Part shown: positions 26,905 through 40,292 of the stretch, piece by piece
Numbering within the stretch: position 1 is the first letter of the stretch
How the letters are laid out: every line of letters begins with the position of its first letter
Assembly: GCF_902652985.1 (NCBI RefSeq)
Contig: NC_047017.1
Span: forward strand, 38,130,001 to 38,194,000
DNA length: 64,000 nt
Reading direction: 5' to 3'
Source of the DNA: Pecten maximus
Lineage: Eukaryota
Translations under genes and position numbers: made by a program
Notes under the pieces: model-generated
Database searches by the model: none
The model's input: only the letters and a program-made list of their open reading frames with translations
What the model was told of the DNA's origin: nothing

Positions 26905-29066
26905 AGGACAGACAATCACTTACATGGATACTACAGGGCAGCCATTCACATACACGGATACTAAAGGAAAGAAATTCACCTAAACGGATATTACGGGACA
27001 GACATTCACCTACACGGATACTACAGGACAGACATTCACCTACATGGATGTAACAGGACAGATAATTCACCTACATGGATGTAACAGGACAGGCATTCAC
27101 CTACACGGATACTACAGGACAGACATTCACTTACACGGATATTACAGGACAAACATTCACCAACACTGATATTACAGGACAGACATTCACCTACACGGAT
27201 ACTACAGGGCAGACATTTATCTATACGGATATTACAGGACAGACATTCACCTAAAGAGATACTACAGGACAGCCATTCACTTACACGGATACTACAGGAC
27301 AGACATTCACTTACATAGATACTACATGACAAACATTCACCAACACTGATATTACAGGACAGACATTCACCTACATAGATACTACAGGACAAACATTCAC
27401 CTACATAGATACTACAGTACAGACATTCACCTACATAGATACTACAGGACAGCCATTCACCTACATAGATACTACAGGACAGCCATTCACCTACATAGAT
27501 ACTACAGGACAAACATTCACCCACACGGATACTACAGGACAGACATTCACCTACATAGATACTACAGGACAGCCATTCACTTACACAGATACTACAGGAC
27601 AGACATTCACTGTCACTGATACTACAGGACAGCCATTCACTTACACGGATACTACAGGACAGACATTCACCTACATAGATACTACAGGACAAACATTCAC
27701 CTACATAGATACTACAGGACAGACATTCACCTACATAGATACTACAGGACAGACATTCACCTACATAGATACTACAGGACAGCCATTCACTTACACAGAT
27801 ACTACAGGACAGACATTCACTGTCACTGATACTACAGGACAGCCATTCACTTACACGGATACTACAGGACAGACATTCACCTACATAGATACTACAGGAC
27901 AAACATTCACTTACACGGATACTTCAGGACAGACATTCACCCACACGGATACTACAGGACAGACATTCACTTACATAGATACTACAGGACAAACATTCAC
28001 CTACATAGATACTACAGGACAGACATTCACTTACATAGATACTACAGGACAAACATTCACCTACATAGATACTACAGGACAGACATTCACCTACACAATT
28101 ACTACAGGACAGACATTCACCCACACGGATACTACAGGACAGACATTCACTTACACAGATACTACAGGACAGACATTCACCTACACGGATACTACAGGAC
28201 AGACATTCACTTTCACTGATACTACAGGACAGACATTCACTTACACAGATACTACAGGACAGACATTCACCCACACGGATACTACAGGACAGACATTCAC
28301 CTACACAGATACTACAGGACAGACATTCACCCACACGGATACTACAGGACAGACATTCACTTTCACTGATACTACAGGACAGACATTCACCCACACGGAT
28401 ACTACAGGACAGACATTCACTTACACAGATACTACAGGACAGACATTCACTTTCACGGATACTACAGGACAGACATTCACCTACACAATTACTACAGGAC
28501 AGACATTCACCTACACAATTACTACAGGACAGACATTCACCTACACAATTACTACAGGACAGACATTCACCCACACGGATACTACAGGACAGACATTCAC
28601 CCACACGGATACTAAAGGACAGACATTCACCCACACGGATACTACAGGACAGACATTCACATACACAGATACTACAGGACAGACATTCACTTACACATAT
28701 ACTACAGGACATACATCCACCTATACGGATACTACAGGACAGACATTCACCTACATAGATACTACAGGACAGCCATTCACTTACACAGATACTACAGGAC
28801 AGACATTCACTGTCACTGATACTACAGGACAGCCATTCACTTACATGGATACTACAGGACAGACATTCACCTACACGGATACTACAGGACAGACATTCAC
28901 TTACACATATACTACAGGACAGACATTCACCTATACGGATCTACAGGACAGACATTCACCTACACATATACTACAGGACAGACATTCACCTATATGGATA
29001 CTACAGGACAGACATTCACCTATATGGATACTACAGGACAGACATTCACCTACACGGATACTACAA
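26905..29066. repeat. 30-bp minisatellite, ~72 copies
   Basis: ACTACAGGACAGACATTCACCTACACGGAT in perfect register over most of the array. Confidence 0.97.
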
Positions 29067-30249
29067 CATATACCCTCTGTTACAGTCTAAAATAACGATA
29101 CTCTCGTGTAAGTAATTAGTGTTTGGGACGGTAAATGATGTGTTATATGCATTAGTGAGTTTCAAAATGCACCTTCCGGATAAAACTCTATCATGCAATG
29201 TTGACATACGCGTATCTCGTAGGTCGACGACAGAAATATACAAGCTTAAAACTACAAAGAAAAACAATGATTAACTTTGGAAGTTTCAAGTTTATTGTTC
29301 ACTCAAGACCCACGACCCAAGGAAAGCGTTCAAGGTAAGCTAGCGGAGTACAGATCTTTAGAAATTACAATTCTTGTTCATTTTTACGAAATTCAATGTG
29401 TACATATTATCCGATGAGGCTTTAATCTTACAAAGCTGATGACATCACGTTTGTGCTTGTCCACATAATCCGTAGATTAGTCCCGTGTATCCAGGTGAAT
29501 CACAGGTGAGGGATACACAGGTCATAGCCAGGTTCTAATTAAAAAACAATAAATAACAGATTACTACAAGAGAAATGTAAATATTTGATTTTATTAATGA
29601 TCAACGTGATTTATTTATTCAGTGCATTAGCCAAAATAACCACACAAATACTGGTCGTCTCAAAACGTTTTTGCAAATTAAAGCATGTGGATATCGTAAA
29701 GAGTGTGGCTGAATAATGCTTGTTGGATTTGTTTACAAATGACAGCGAATTGACAAGTCATGTTTTCACCACGGGTCCCGATTTCATCACCATTCCTTAA
29801 TTAAAGAAATTCAGTACCTGGAATTTTCATAGGAAGACATTATTGGGAAAATCTTACTTCCAGTAAGAATGTCCCCTTATTTTGTTATGCTTTCCTATGG
29901 GGAATTTTAAGGAATTTCTTAAGATAAGAATTGTTTATGAAAATTGGGGCCTGTTTCTATTTTGACTGGTTTGTAGTGAAGTGGCACATCGTTTAAGGTA
30001 GATTTGACTTTGATTGTGACATTTAGTTTGAATTTGATTTTAAAGAAAGATTGCAGTAAGAAATTGTTTTGTTTTGTTTTAACTGATATTTGATGAAGTA
30101 TTATGACGGGTTTAAATTTGTGTTTTATTGTGAGCCTGATTTCGAATTGCAAAACGAACTTGATTATAACCTTGATTTGAAATTTACTATTAAGATTGTA
30201 ATTTTGGTTTTAAATTGGTTTAAATAGATGTCTATTGTTTCAATCAATT

Positions 30250-30432
30250 TGGTTTTACCCGATATAATTTTGGTTTTATATCGGGTATGGATTTTTGTTT
30301 TATAGTAGGTATGAATTTTGGTTTTACAATGGAAATGAATTTTGGTTTTATGACGGGTATGCATTTTGGTTTAATAACGCATGTGAATTTCGTTTTATAT
30401 CGGTTATGGATTTTGGTTTTATATCGGGTATG
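30250..30432. repeat. Degenerate 24-bp tandem repeat
   Basis: GGTTTTATATCGGGTATGGATTTT-like units, ~7 copies. Confidence 0.7.
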
Positions 30433-31001
30433 ACTTACGAGGATATAATAGGTGGTTATTCGTTGGTGAAGACTCTTTTGGAGATGCCAGAAGATCAGCG
30501 ACGTTGGTTCATTATATATAACCGTACCTATATATCCGTATTTTGTTTACACAAACGTTATTTTGAATTGATTGGCCACCAACATTTGGGTATAGGAATT
30601 AGAATTGTTCGAATATATAATACTACAATAATCCGAGGAATGGAGTAGTGTTTTCGGTGTTTTTTAGTCGTACAGAAAACAAACGCATCAACTCTCTCAG
30701 GTTTTGGTAGATCTACACGAATTGTCTCCTCAATTGCCTTTGAGACGACCACTATAACGATCTGGCGACAGCAGAGCACGTGACAAAGACACACCTTGAC
30801 TTCTATATAAATACTTATACCGCTTAACAAATACAATTAACTAAAGAATTTCAACAAATTGAAGTCAGTTGTACGTAAAATCTTACTAAACAAGGCAATA
30901 GAAGTCAGAAATCAAAAGATTCTGGGAGGGAAACGTAGTCATTGATTAATGAAGGAGAATCAAGAATTGACATCCATTGTTTTTGCAAAATTCGACGAAA
31001 A

Positions 31002-31508
31002 ATGGAATCCAAACCAATTTCCTGTCGAAGCGTTTTGGTTAGTTTGGCGAATTCCCTGATCAATCTAGTTGTGGTGTCTCCACTGGTTGTTTGTTTCTGG
31101 AGAGGCACGTGGGAGATAATGGACGTTTACGTCTTCCCAGACGATTTCGGACTCACTGCCTGGGTATCTGTAGCCATCGGCAACGCAATCATATTTCTAT
31201 TTTCAATTCTTCAAGATTATTTTTCAAAATTGAACAAATTAAATAATCCTTTCGTACATTTTGTACTATCTAGACTGTACGTGTACCTGTTGGGATTCGG
31301 CTGTGTGAACCAATGGCGTGGGGTGTGGTTCCTGCAGGACCACTACACCGGAAAGACATGGCAAAGCGCCACCGGAAGTACCGTTATTGGAGTGAGCGTT
31401 CTATGTTGTTTGCGGTGCCTCAGTGGAATTATTGCATCGCCCTTGGTACTGTTTAGGGATAACGACAGGGATAGTCTGTTTGTTATTACAAAGAGATTTT
31501 CATCAAAA
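31002..31508 (+). CDS. fusl: Fuseless-family multipass membrane protein, coding exon 1 of 2
   Basis: ATG at 31002 (MESKPISC...); VVSPLVVCFWRGTW and VNQWRGVW motifs with hydrophobic helices; phase-0 donor AAA|GTAAGT at 31509. Confidence 0.85.
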
Positions 31509-31879
31509 GTAAGTAATGCCATATTCAATTATTTCTATAATAAGGAAAGAACAGGCAAAATATAATATGATAGTTGCTAATTCAGTTAATTTTGTAAGCA
31601 TTCGGCAAATACTGTTATTGAAATATGCAACAATTCAATATAAATGGACAAGTTATGATAACCTCCTGGAGCTTAAAAGGTAAGTTCAATCTTCTTTTAA
31701 CCCATTCACTAAACCTAAAGACTGGTTAAGAGACAATCAGTTGTCTTGTGTTTACATCATTGTAGTACCAATCAGATTAATTATTAATTTTTGGCAAAAT
31801 CTTAATTCCTTTATCAACCAGATAATGGCATATTAGGAAGTATGTGCGGTTTGGGTATACTAGCAATTTACATTTACAG

Positions 31880-32551
31880 GTTGTGCCGGGTATCAAGTTT
31901 GCATTGGATGTCTGTCTGACTGTCTTTTTCATCAATAACATGGTGGTATTCTTCTGGCGCGGGTCCTGGTCTCTTCTAGATCTCTACCTCGTTCCAGATT
32001 CCATCAGCGTTTCCGGAGCATACTCCTTCATTATCAGTTTCAGCTTGTCAATACCGGTTTTACTCGGACAACACGGAGTCCAACGTTTGTCCGTATATCT
32101 CCACAAGAGGATGTTCCTGTTACAGATCTTTGTCGAGGACATGTTCCTAGTGGTTGCCGGTACATTGGCTGTCTGTCATTGGAGAGGGGCATGGCTTCTC
32201 CAGAATGGGCTCCTCTTCCCTGACAACAAAGTGCTCAGTGTTTGGGTATCGCACGCAGTCGGAAGTGTGGGGCTAGTGGTTCTGTTTTCTTCACGAAGCT
32301 ACCTCACTTCAGGTTGTTTCATAGACACGATTATTCATAAAATGGAAGGGCCAATATTTGATATTCGATTTCTGAAATGGGAATTGGAGCAACGTAACGA
32401 AAATTCCGATAGCTACAACGTAGTTGAAACAAAGGTCGATATTCCAGCTTCCGATTGTGATTGTCCGGCGTCTGAATCGCCGCCTCAATGTGACGCACGA
32501 GCACCGCCAGAGTGTGACACACCACCGCTGGAATGTGATACAAGACTTTAG
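31880..32551 (+). CDS. fusl: Fuseless-family multipass membrane protein, coding exon 2 of 2 (spliced product 392 aa)
   Basis: Acceptor TTTACAG|GTT at 31879/31880, in frame with exon 1; second internal repeat with VFFWRGSW and VCHWRGAW motifs; four WRGxW motifs in total, as in the fuseless family; stop TAG ends at 32551. Confidence 0.85.
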   Translation, partial: VVPGIKFALDVCLTVFFINNMVVFFWRGSWSLLDLYLVPDSISVSGAYSFIISFSLSIPVLLGQHGVQRLSVYLHKRMFLLQIFVEDMFLVVAGTLAVCHWRGAWLLQNGLLFPDNKVLSVWVSHAVGSVGLVVLFSSRSYLTSGCFIDTIIHKMEGPIFDIRFLKWELEQRNENSDSYNVVETKVDIPASDCDCPASESPPQCDARAPPECDTPPLECDTRL

Positions 32552-32859
32552 ATTTACGATTGGCCAGGACAACAATTCTCCTCTACAAGGAATACAATCG
32601 TTTAACTTTACAACAGGGTGTGGTTCTTAAGTTGGTAACCGGACATTTCTATTCTTGGACGAAAAATTAACTGGTCTAACGTCAATTGATTCAGATAATA
32701 TCATGATAAAAAGTCGATTTAACTATACATAATCATACTGCCAGTTGTTCTTCAGGACAGTTAATGTACCGTCAAATGTATTGCATGTTAAGGTGCCAGC
32801 GTGTCCTGCAATACTTCAGACAGATCTTATGTGTGTTTTGTACGACCTCACTTAATCAT

Positions 32860-35800
32860 TTACCAAGGTACTATACCCTTGTGTTTACCAAGGTACTATA
32901 TCCTTGTGTTTACCAGGGTATTATACCCTTGTGTTTACCAAGGTACTATACCCTTGTGTTTACCATGGTACTATACCCTTGTGTTTACCAAGGTACTATA
33001 CCCTTGTGTTTACCAAGGTACTATACCCTTGTGTTTACCATGGAACTATACCCTTGTGTTTACCATGGAACTATACCCTTGTGTTTACCAAGGTACTATA
33101 CCCTTGTGTTTACCAAGGTACTATACCCTTGTGTTTACCAGGGTATTATACCCTTGTGTTTACCAAGGTACTATACACTTGTGTTTACCAGGGTACTATA
33201 CCCTTGTGTTTACCATGGAACTATACCCTTGTGTTTACCATGGAACTATACCCTTGTGTTTACCAAGGTACTATACCCTTGTGTTTACCATGGAACTATA
33301 CCCTTGTGTTTACCAAGGTATATACCCTTGTGTTTACCAAGGGACTATACCCTTGTGTTTACCAAGGGACTATACCCTTGTGTTTACCAAGGTACTATAC
33401 CTTGTGTTTATCATGGTACTATACCCTTGTGTTTACCAATGTACTATACCCTTGTGTTTACCATGGTACTATACCCATGTGTTTACCAAGGTACTATACC
33501 CTTGTGTTTACCATGGAACTATACCCTTGTGTTTACCAAGGTACTTTACCCTTGTGTTTACCAAGGGACTATACCTTTGTGTTTATCATGGTACTATACC
33601 CTTGTGTTTACCAAGGTACTATACCCTTGTGTTTACCATGGTACTATACCCTTGTGTTTACCATGGTACTATACCCTTGTGTTTACCATGATACTATACC
33701 CTTGTGTTTACCAAGGGACTATACCTTTGTGTTTACCAAGGGACTATACCTTTGTGTTTACCAAGGTACTATACCCTTGTGTTTACCGAGGTACTATACC
33801 TTTGTGTTTATAAGGTACTTTACCCTTGTGTTTACCAAGGTACTATACCCTTGTGTTTACAAAGGTACTATACCCATGTGTTTACCATGGTACTATACCC
33901 TTGTGTTCAGCAAGGGACTATACCCTTGTGTTTACCATGGTACTATACCCTTGTGTTTACCAAGGTACTATACCCATGTGTTTACCGAGGTACTATACCC
34001 TTGTGTTTACCAGGGTACTATACCCTTGTGTTTACCATGGTACTATACCCTTGTGTTTACCATGGAACTATACCCTTGTGTTTACCATGGTACTATACCC
34101 TTGTGTTTACAAAAGTACTATACCCTTGTGTTCAGCAAGGGACTATACCCTTGTGTTTACCATGGAAATATACCCTTGTGTTTACCAAGGTACTTTACCG
34201 TTGTGTTTACAAAGGTACTATACCCTTGTGTTTACCGAGGTACTATACCCTTGTGTTCAGCAAGGTACTATACCCTTGTGTTTACCAAGGTACTATACCC
34301 TTGTGTTTACCGAGGTACTATACCCTTGTGTTTACCATGGTACTATACCCATGTGTTCAGCAAGGTACTATACCCTTGTGTTTACCAAGGTACTATACCC
34401 TTGTGTTTACCAAGGTACTATACCCTTGTGTTTACCAAGGTACTATACCCTTGTGTTCAGCAAGGTACTATACCCTTGTGTTTACCAAGGTACTATACCC
34501 TTGTGTTTACCAGAGTACTATACCCTTGTGTTTACCATGGTACTATACCCTTGTGTTCAGCAAGGTACTATACCCTTGTGTTTACCAAGGTACTATACCC
34601 TTGTGTTTACCATGGTACTATACCCTTGTGTTTACCAAGGTACTATACCCTTGTGTTTACCATGGTACTATACCCATGTGTTTACAAAGGTACTATACCC
34701 TTGTGTTTACCAGGGTACTATACCCATGTGTTTACCATGGTACTATACCCTTGTGTTTACCAGGGTACTATACCCATGTGTTTACCATGGTACTATACCC
34801 TTGTGTTTACCAGGGTACTATACCCATGTGTTTATCATGGTACTATACCCTTGTGTTTACCAAGGTACTATACCCTTGTGTTTACCATGGTACTATACCC
34901 TTGTGTTTACCAGGGTACTATACCCATGTGTTTACCATGGTACTATACCCTTGTGTTTACCAGGGTACTATACCCATGTGTTTACCATGGTACTATACCC
35001 TTGTGTTTACAAAGGTACTATACCCTTGTGTTTACCATGGTACTATACCCTTGTGTTTACCAGGGTACTATACCCTTGTGTTTACCAAGGTACTATACTC
35101 TTGTGTTTACCATGGTACTATACCCTTGTGTTTACCATGGTATTATACCCTTGTGTTTACCATGGTACTATACTTGTGTTTACCAAGGTACTATACCCTT
35201 GTGTTTACCATAGAACTATACCCTTGTGTTTACCAAGGTACTATACCCTTGTGTTTACCAAGGTACTATACCCTTGTGTTTACCGAGGAACTATACCCTT
35301 GTGTTTACCGAGGAATTATACCCTTGTGTTTACCAATGTACTATACCCTTGTGTTTACCATAGTACTATACCCTTGTGTTTACCATGGAACTATACCCTT
35401 GTGTTTACCATGGAACTATACCCTTGTGTTTACCAAGGTACTATACCCTTGTGCTTATAAGGTACTATACCCTTGTGTTTACCGAGGTAGTATACCATTG
35501 TGTTTACTAAGGTACTATACCCTTGTGTTTACCATGGTAGTATACCCTTGTGTTTACCATGGAACTTTACCCTTGTGTTTACCATGGAACTATACCCTTG
35601 TGTTTACCAAGGTACTATACCCTTGTGTTTACAAAGGTCCTATACCCTTGTGTTTACCATGGTACTATACCCTTGTGTTTACCATGGAACTATACCCTTG
35701 TGTTTACCATGGTACTATACCCTTGTGTTTACCAAGGTACTATACCCATGTGTTTACAAAGGTACTATACCCTTGTGTTTACCAAGGTACTATACCCTTG

Positions 35801-36892
35801 TGTTTACCAAGGTACTATACCCTTGTGTTTACCAAGGTACTATACCCTTGTGTTTACCATGGTACTTTACCCTTGTGTTTACCAAGGTACTATACCCTTG
35901 TGTTCAGCAAGGGACTATACCCTTGTGTTTACCAAGGTACTATACCCTTGTGTTTACCGAGGTACTATACCCTTGTGTTTACCAAGGTACTATACCCTTG
36001 TGTTTACCATGGTACTATACCCATGTGTTTACCAAGGTACTATACCCTTGTGTTTACCATGGTACTATACCCTTGTGTTTACCAAGGTACTATACCCATG
36101 TGTTTACCAAGGTACTTTACCCTTGTGTTTACCAAGGTACTATACCCTTGTGTTTACCAAGGTACTTTACCCTTGTGTTTACCAAGGTATTATACCCTTG
36201 TGTTTACCAAGGTACTATATCCTTGTGTTTACCAAGGTACTATACCCTTGTGTTTACCAAGGTACTATACCCTTGTGTTTACCAGGGTACTATACACTTG
36301 TGTTTACCAGGGTACTATACCCTTGTGTTTACCAGGGTACTATACCCTTGTGTTTACCAAGGTACTATACACTTGTGTTTACCAGGGTACTATACACTTG
36401 TGTTTACCAGGGTACTATACACTTGTGTTTACCAGGGTACTATACCCTTGTGTTTACAAAGGTACTATACCCTTGTGTTTACCAAGGTACTATACCCTTG
36501 TGTTTACCAAGGGACTATACCCATGTGTTTACCAAGGTACTATACCCTTGTGTTTACCAAGGTACTATACCCTTGTGTTTACCATGGAACTATACCCTTG
36601 TGTTTACCATGGTACTATACTCATGTGTTTACCAAGGTACTATACCCTTGTGTTCAGCAAGGGACTATACCCTTGTGTTTACCAAGGTACTATACCCTTG
36701 TGTTCAGCAAGGGACTATACCCATGTGTTTACCAAGGTACTATACCCTTGTGTTTACCAAGGTACTATACCCTTGTGTTTACCGAGGTACTATACCCTTG
36801 TGTTTACCGAGGTACTATACCCTGGTGTTTACCGAGGTACTATACCCATGTGTTTACCAATGTACTATACCCTTGTTTTACCAATGTACTAT
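32860..36892. repeat. 25-bp minisatellite, ~160 copies
   Basis: TACTATACCCTTGTGTTTACCAAGG repeated for ~4 kb. Confidence 0.97.
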
Positions 36893-37289
36893 TTTCTTGT
36901 GCTTTACTATATTTTAAGTGTTGTTGATTAAATACTTAAAAAGGTCAATCATGCAATTTTTATTTTTGATACGAGATAAGTCGGAAACCTACACAAAATA
37001 CAGACGAAAGCGAAGGTTAAAATAAAATACTAATGTTCTATTTTCTTCCCAATTAAAGCTAGGAACTACTTCAATCTAGGTCACGAAATTAAGAAAAATG
37101 TAAGCACAAACGATGTTCTTAAAAAATCTGACAATTCAGTTAAATTGAAGCATCATGTTTTACAAAAGTAATTATAATGATAAAGGTTTAAACCAGCACA
37201 TGTTGCGAATCAGATGATCTGTCGACGATAACCTCTCTAAACTCCGCATATCTGTAGCTGGTGCCCATCTATAGGTGGCCTGCCTGGCA

Positions 37290-38045
37290 TTATGTGTATG
37301 ATGTCCCTAGCATCACTGGCGAGTGCTAGAAGGACGTAACGTCTGTATGATGTCCCTAACATCACTTGCGAGTACCAGAAGGACGAATCATTTGTATAAT
37401 GTATCTTACATCACAGACGAGTGCTAGAAGGACGAAACAGTTGTATGAGGCAGTTAAATTCCCTTTTCGGCTTCACAATTCTTTAAACGTTGTTTAACCA
37501 GAGTAATATTTACTGAAGTCAATCCTAATAAAATGGTCGTGATTTGTTCGATAAATGTTAATGCAGTAATTGCAGTAACACATTTTTGATTTTTTTTGGT
37601 TACATAAAGACACCATACCATAATATATAACGACGGAAGGTACTGAACTTCAATCAACTTGAAATTCAATTTCCGCGCAGAAACTTCCTGCAAAATAGTG
37701 TATGAACGTTGGGATGTTCATAAATAGTGGCACTAGCCAACATGTACAGAAGGATATCACGATATATTTTGTAGTAAAAAAACTAAGTTGTTTACCTTTG
37801 GGAAACATGACATCTCCATCTTTATTGTATAGCTTAATTATGCTATTCTTATTTATTTTCCAAACTTACCCTTTGGAATTCCACAATGTTGTCCCCTAAC
37901 ATCACTGAAGGACTAGAAGGACAAAATAACTGTATGCTGTCCCTAAAATCACCGACATGTCTCTAGCATCACTGGCAAGTTTAAGAACGACAAACTAACT
38001 TTATGATGTCTCTGACATTATTGACGAGTCCTAAAACGTAAAGGC
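37290..38045. repeat. Degenerate 49-bp repeat in two blocks (~37290-37450 and ~37885-38045)
   Basis: TATGATGTCCCTARCATCACTGGCGAGTGCTAGAAGGACG-like units on both sides of ~440 bp of unrelated sequence. Confidence 0.7.
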
Positions 38046-38561
38046 TGTATGGTGTAGTTCTGTTTCAGTTATTCGGTATACTGTATCTAATACTAAGTTG
38101 ATATTCATGCGTGTCCTGTTAATCCTCAGAAGGGACTAGACCAGGTACATATGATACTCTTTATATTGATATTTACTACCTATAATAATATTACATGTTT
38201 TTTTTTATAGACGTTCCCAATACTTCGTGTATCACGAGTAATGTAATATTTATAACAACATACATTCCATTTAATGTGATTGGTTTAATAACGAAACCGA
38301 TCAGTGAACAGCTGTGTCATTTTCCAAAGTTAGTAAGTTGTGGATACTGGTAATGCTATACACCATATAACGGTTATCATTAACATTACCAAGGCAATTT
38401 ATAAATCCAGAGTCGGAGAGAGTTAATAAGAAATCTTCCTCTAAAATACATAAAGAAACATCCCAGATACCCCGCTGTTGATTCGATAATAAAAAGTGTG
38501 TTTCCTATAGTACGATTTCTGTAAAAGAATGTCGGCCTCTGACAGATACACTGCAGTACTA

Positions 38562-39545
38562 TGAGAGAGAAACCGAGACAACGAAGGCAGTATGAAGGTC
38601 GGTATCATTGGAGAGGAACCGAGACAATGGAAACAGTGTAAAGGTCGATATCATCCGAGAGGAACCGAGACAATGGAAACAGTGTAAAGGTCGGTATCAT
38701 TCGAGAGGAACCGAGACAATGGAAACAGTGTAAAGGTCGATATCATCCGAGAGGAACCGAGACAATGGAAACAGTGTAAAGGTCGATATCATCCGAGAGG
38801 AACCGAGACAATGAAGACAGTTTAAAGGTCGATATCATTCGAAAGGAACCGGGACAATGGAAACAGTGTAAAGGTCGATATCATCCGAGAGAAACCGATA
38901 CAATGGAAACAGTGTAAAGGTCGATATCGTCCGAGAGAAACCGAGACAATGAAGAGATAGTTTGAAGGTCGATATCGTCCGAGAGAAACCGAGACAATGA
39001 AGACAGTGTAAAGGTCGATATCATCCGGGAGAAACCGAGACAATGGAAACAGTGTAAAGGTCGATATCGTCCGAGGGAAACCGAGACAATGAAGAGATAG
39101 TTTGAAGGTCGATATCGTCCGAGAGAAACTGAGACAATGAAGAGATAGTTTGAAGGTCGATATCGTCCGAGAGAATCCGAGACAATGAAGAGATAGTTTG
39201 AAGGTCGATATCGTCCGAGAGAAACCGAGACAATGAAGACCGTGTAAAGGTCGATATCATCCGGGAGAAACGGAGACAATGGAAACAGTGTAAAGGTCGA
39301 TATCGTCCGAGGGAAACCGAGACAATGAAGAGATAGTTTGAAGGTCGATATCGTCCGAGAGAAACTGAGACAATGAAGAGATAGTTTGAAGGTCGATATC
39401 GTCCGAGAGAATCCGAGACAATGAAGAGATAGTTTGAAGGTCGATATCGTCCGAGAGAAACCGAGACAATGAAGACAGTGTTAATAAAAGATCAGCCTCA
39501 TCCGAGAGGAACACGGACAATGAAGATAGTTTGAAGGTCGTTATC
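38562..39545. repeat. 46/48-bp minisatellite, ~21 copies
   Basis: GAGAGAAACCGAGACAATGGAAACAGTGTAAAGGTCGATATCATCC (46 bp) and a 48-bp variant with GAAGAGATAGTTTGAAGGTC. Confidence 0.95.
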
Positions 39546-40292
39546 AGGATGATTTTGGGGAAGCATCCTATTCCTTGCTAATTTGACGGCTGTTCCAATG
39601 TCAACAAACCAGATAGTATTTTGCGAATACAATGTATTTATCTGGGGATACCTAGATTTACACGCCTGCAAAAGTCAATTTATTTTGCTCATACTGTTTT
39701 TGGTATATAATTACGATTTTATTGACACTTTTTTCTGCTGTTATTGTGTAAAATTCCGCCGTAATATTCGGAATACTAATTATATTTTACGGTTTTGCAA
39801 ATAGTACAAAAATAATGTAACCTCTCATTATTTCGTAACACATTTACTACATAACAAAACATAAAGTAGTTCATTATAGAGTTCAACGACGTAGCAAACA
39901 AAAATAAAGAAGATATATCAAGCAATTAGATGTACCCTTACTAGATTTGATAGAATGAAGCTGTCAGTGTCTATTCATCTTCCGGTGTTTTTAGTTTTGA
40001 TACTATCAGATTTTCTAACACCGGGTCTCTTACAGCCGTTAATTGTAACTCAATATGCAAGTCATATAGATTTTCTATCTATCAACATTTGTGCAGCAGT
40101 CGTTATACTAACTATATAAAACTTACGCGGTATATATTTTTTTCTTTCAAAGATATTCTGCATTGATTTTGCCTGCCAATAATCGTGTCATAAACAGATA
40201 GATATCCTATGATGTTTTACTGACAATACCAACTCATAAATCCAAGCACAAACATTCAGGTTTTATTCATGCTTTGAAATATTCGAGAAGTG

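Noticed and set aside
27036-28712. Cys-rich metallothionein- or keratin-like ORFs
   Set aside because: Translation of a 30-bp minisatellite, non-ATG starts, internal stop at ~27924.
32764-36931. Very long ORFs (up to 1075 aa) in all three + frames
   Set aside because: By-product of a stop-free 25-bp tandem unit; frames cycle through the same peptide and there is no domain or splice evidence.
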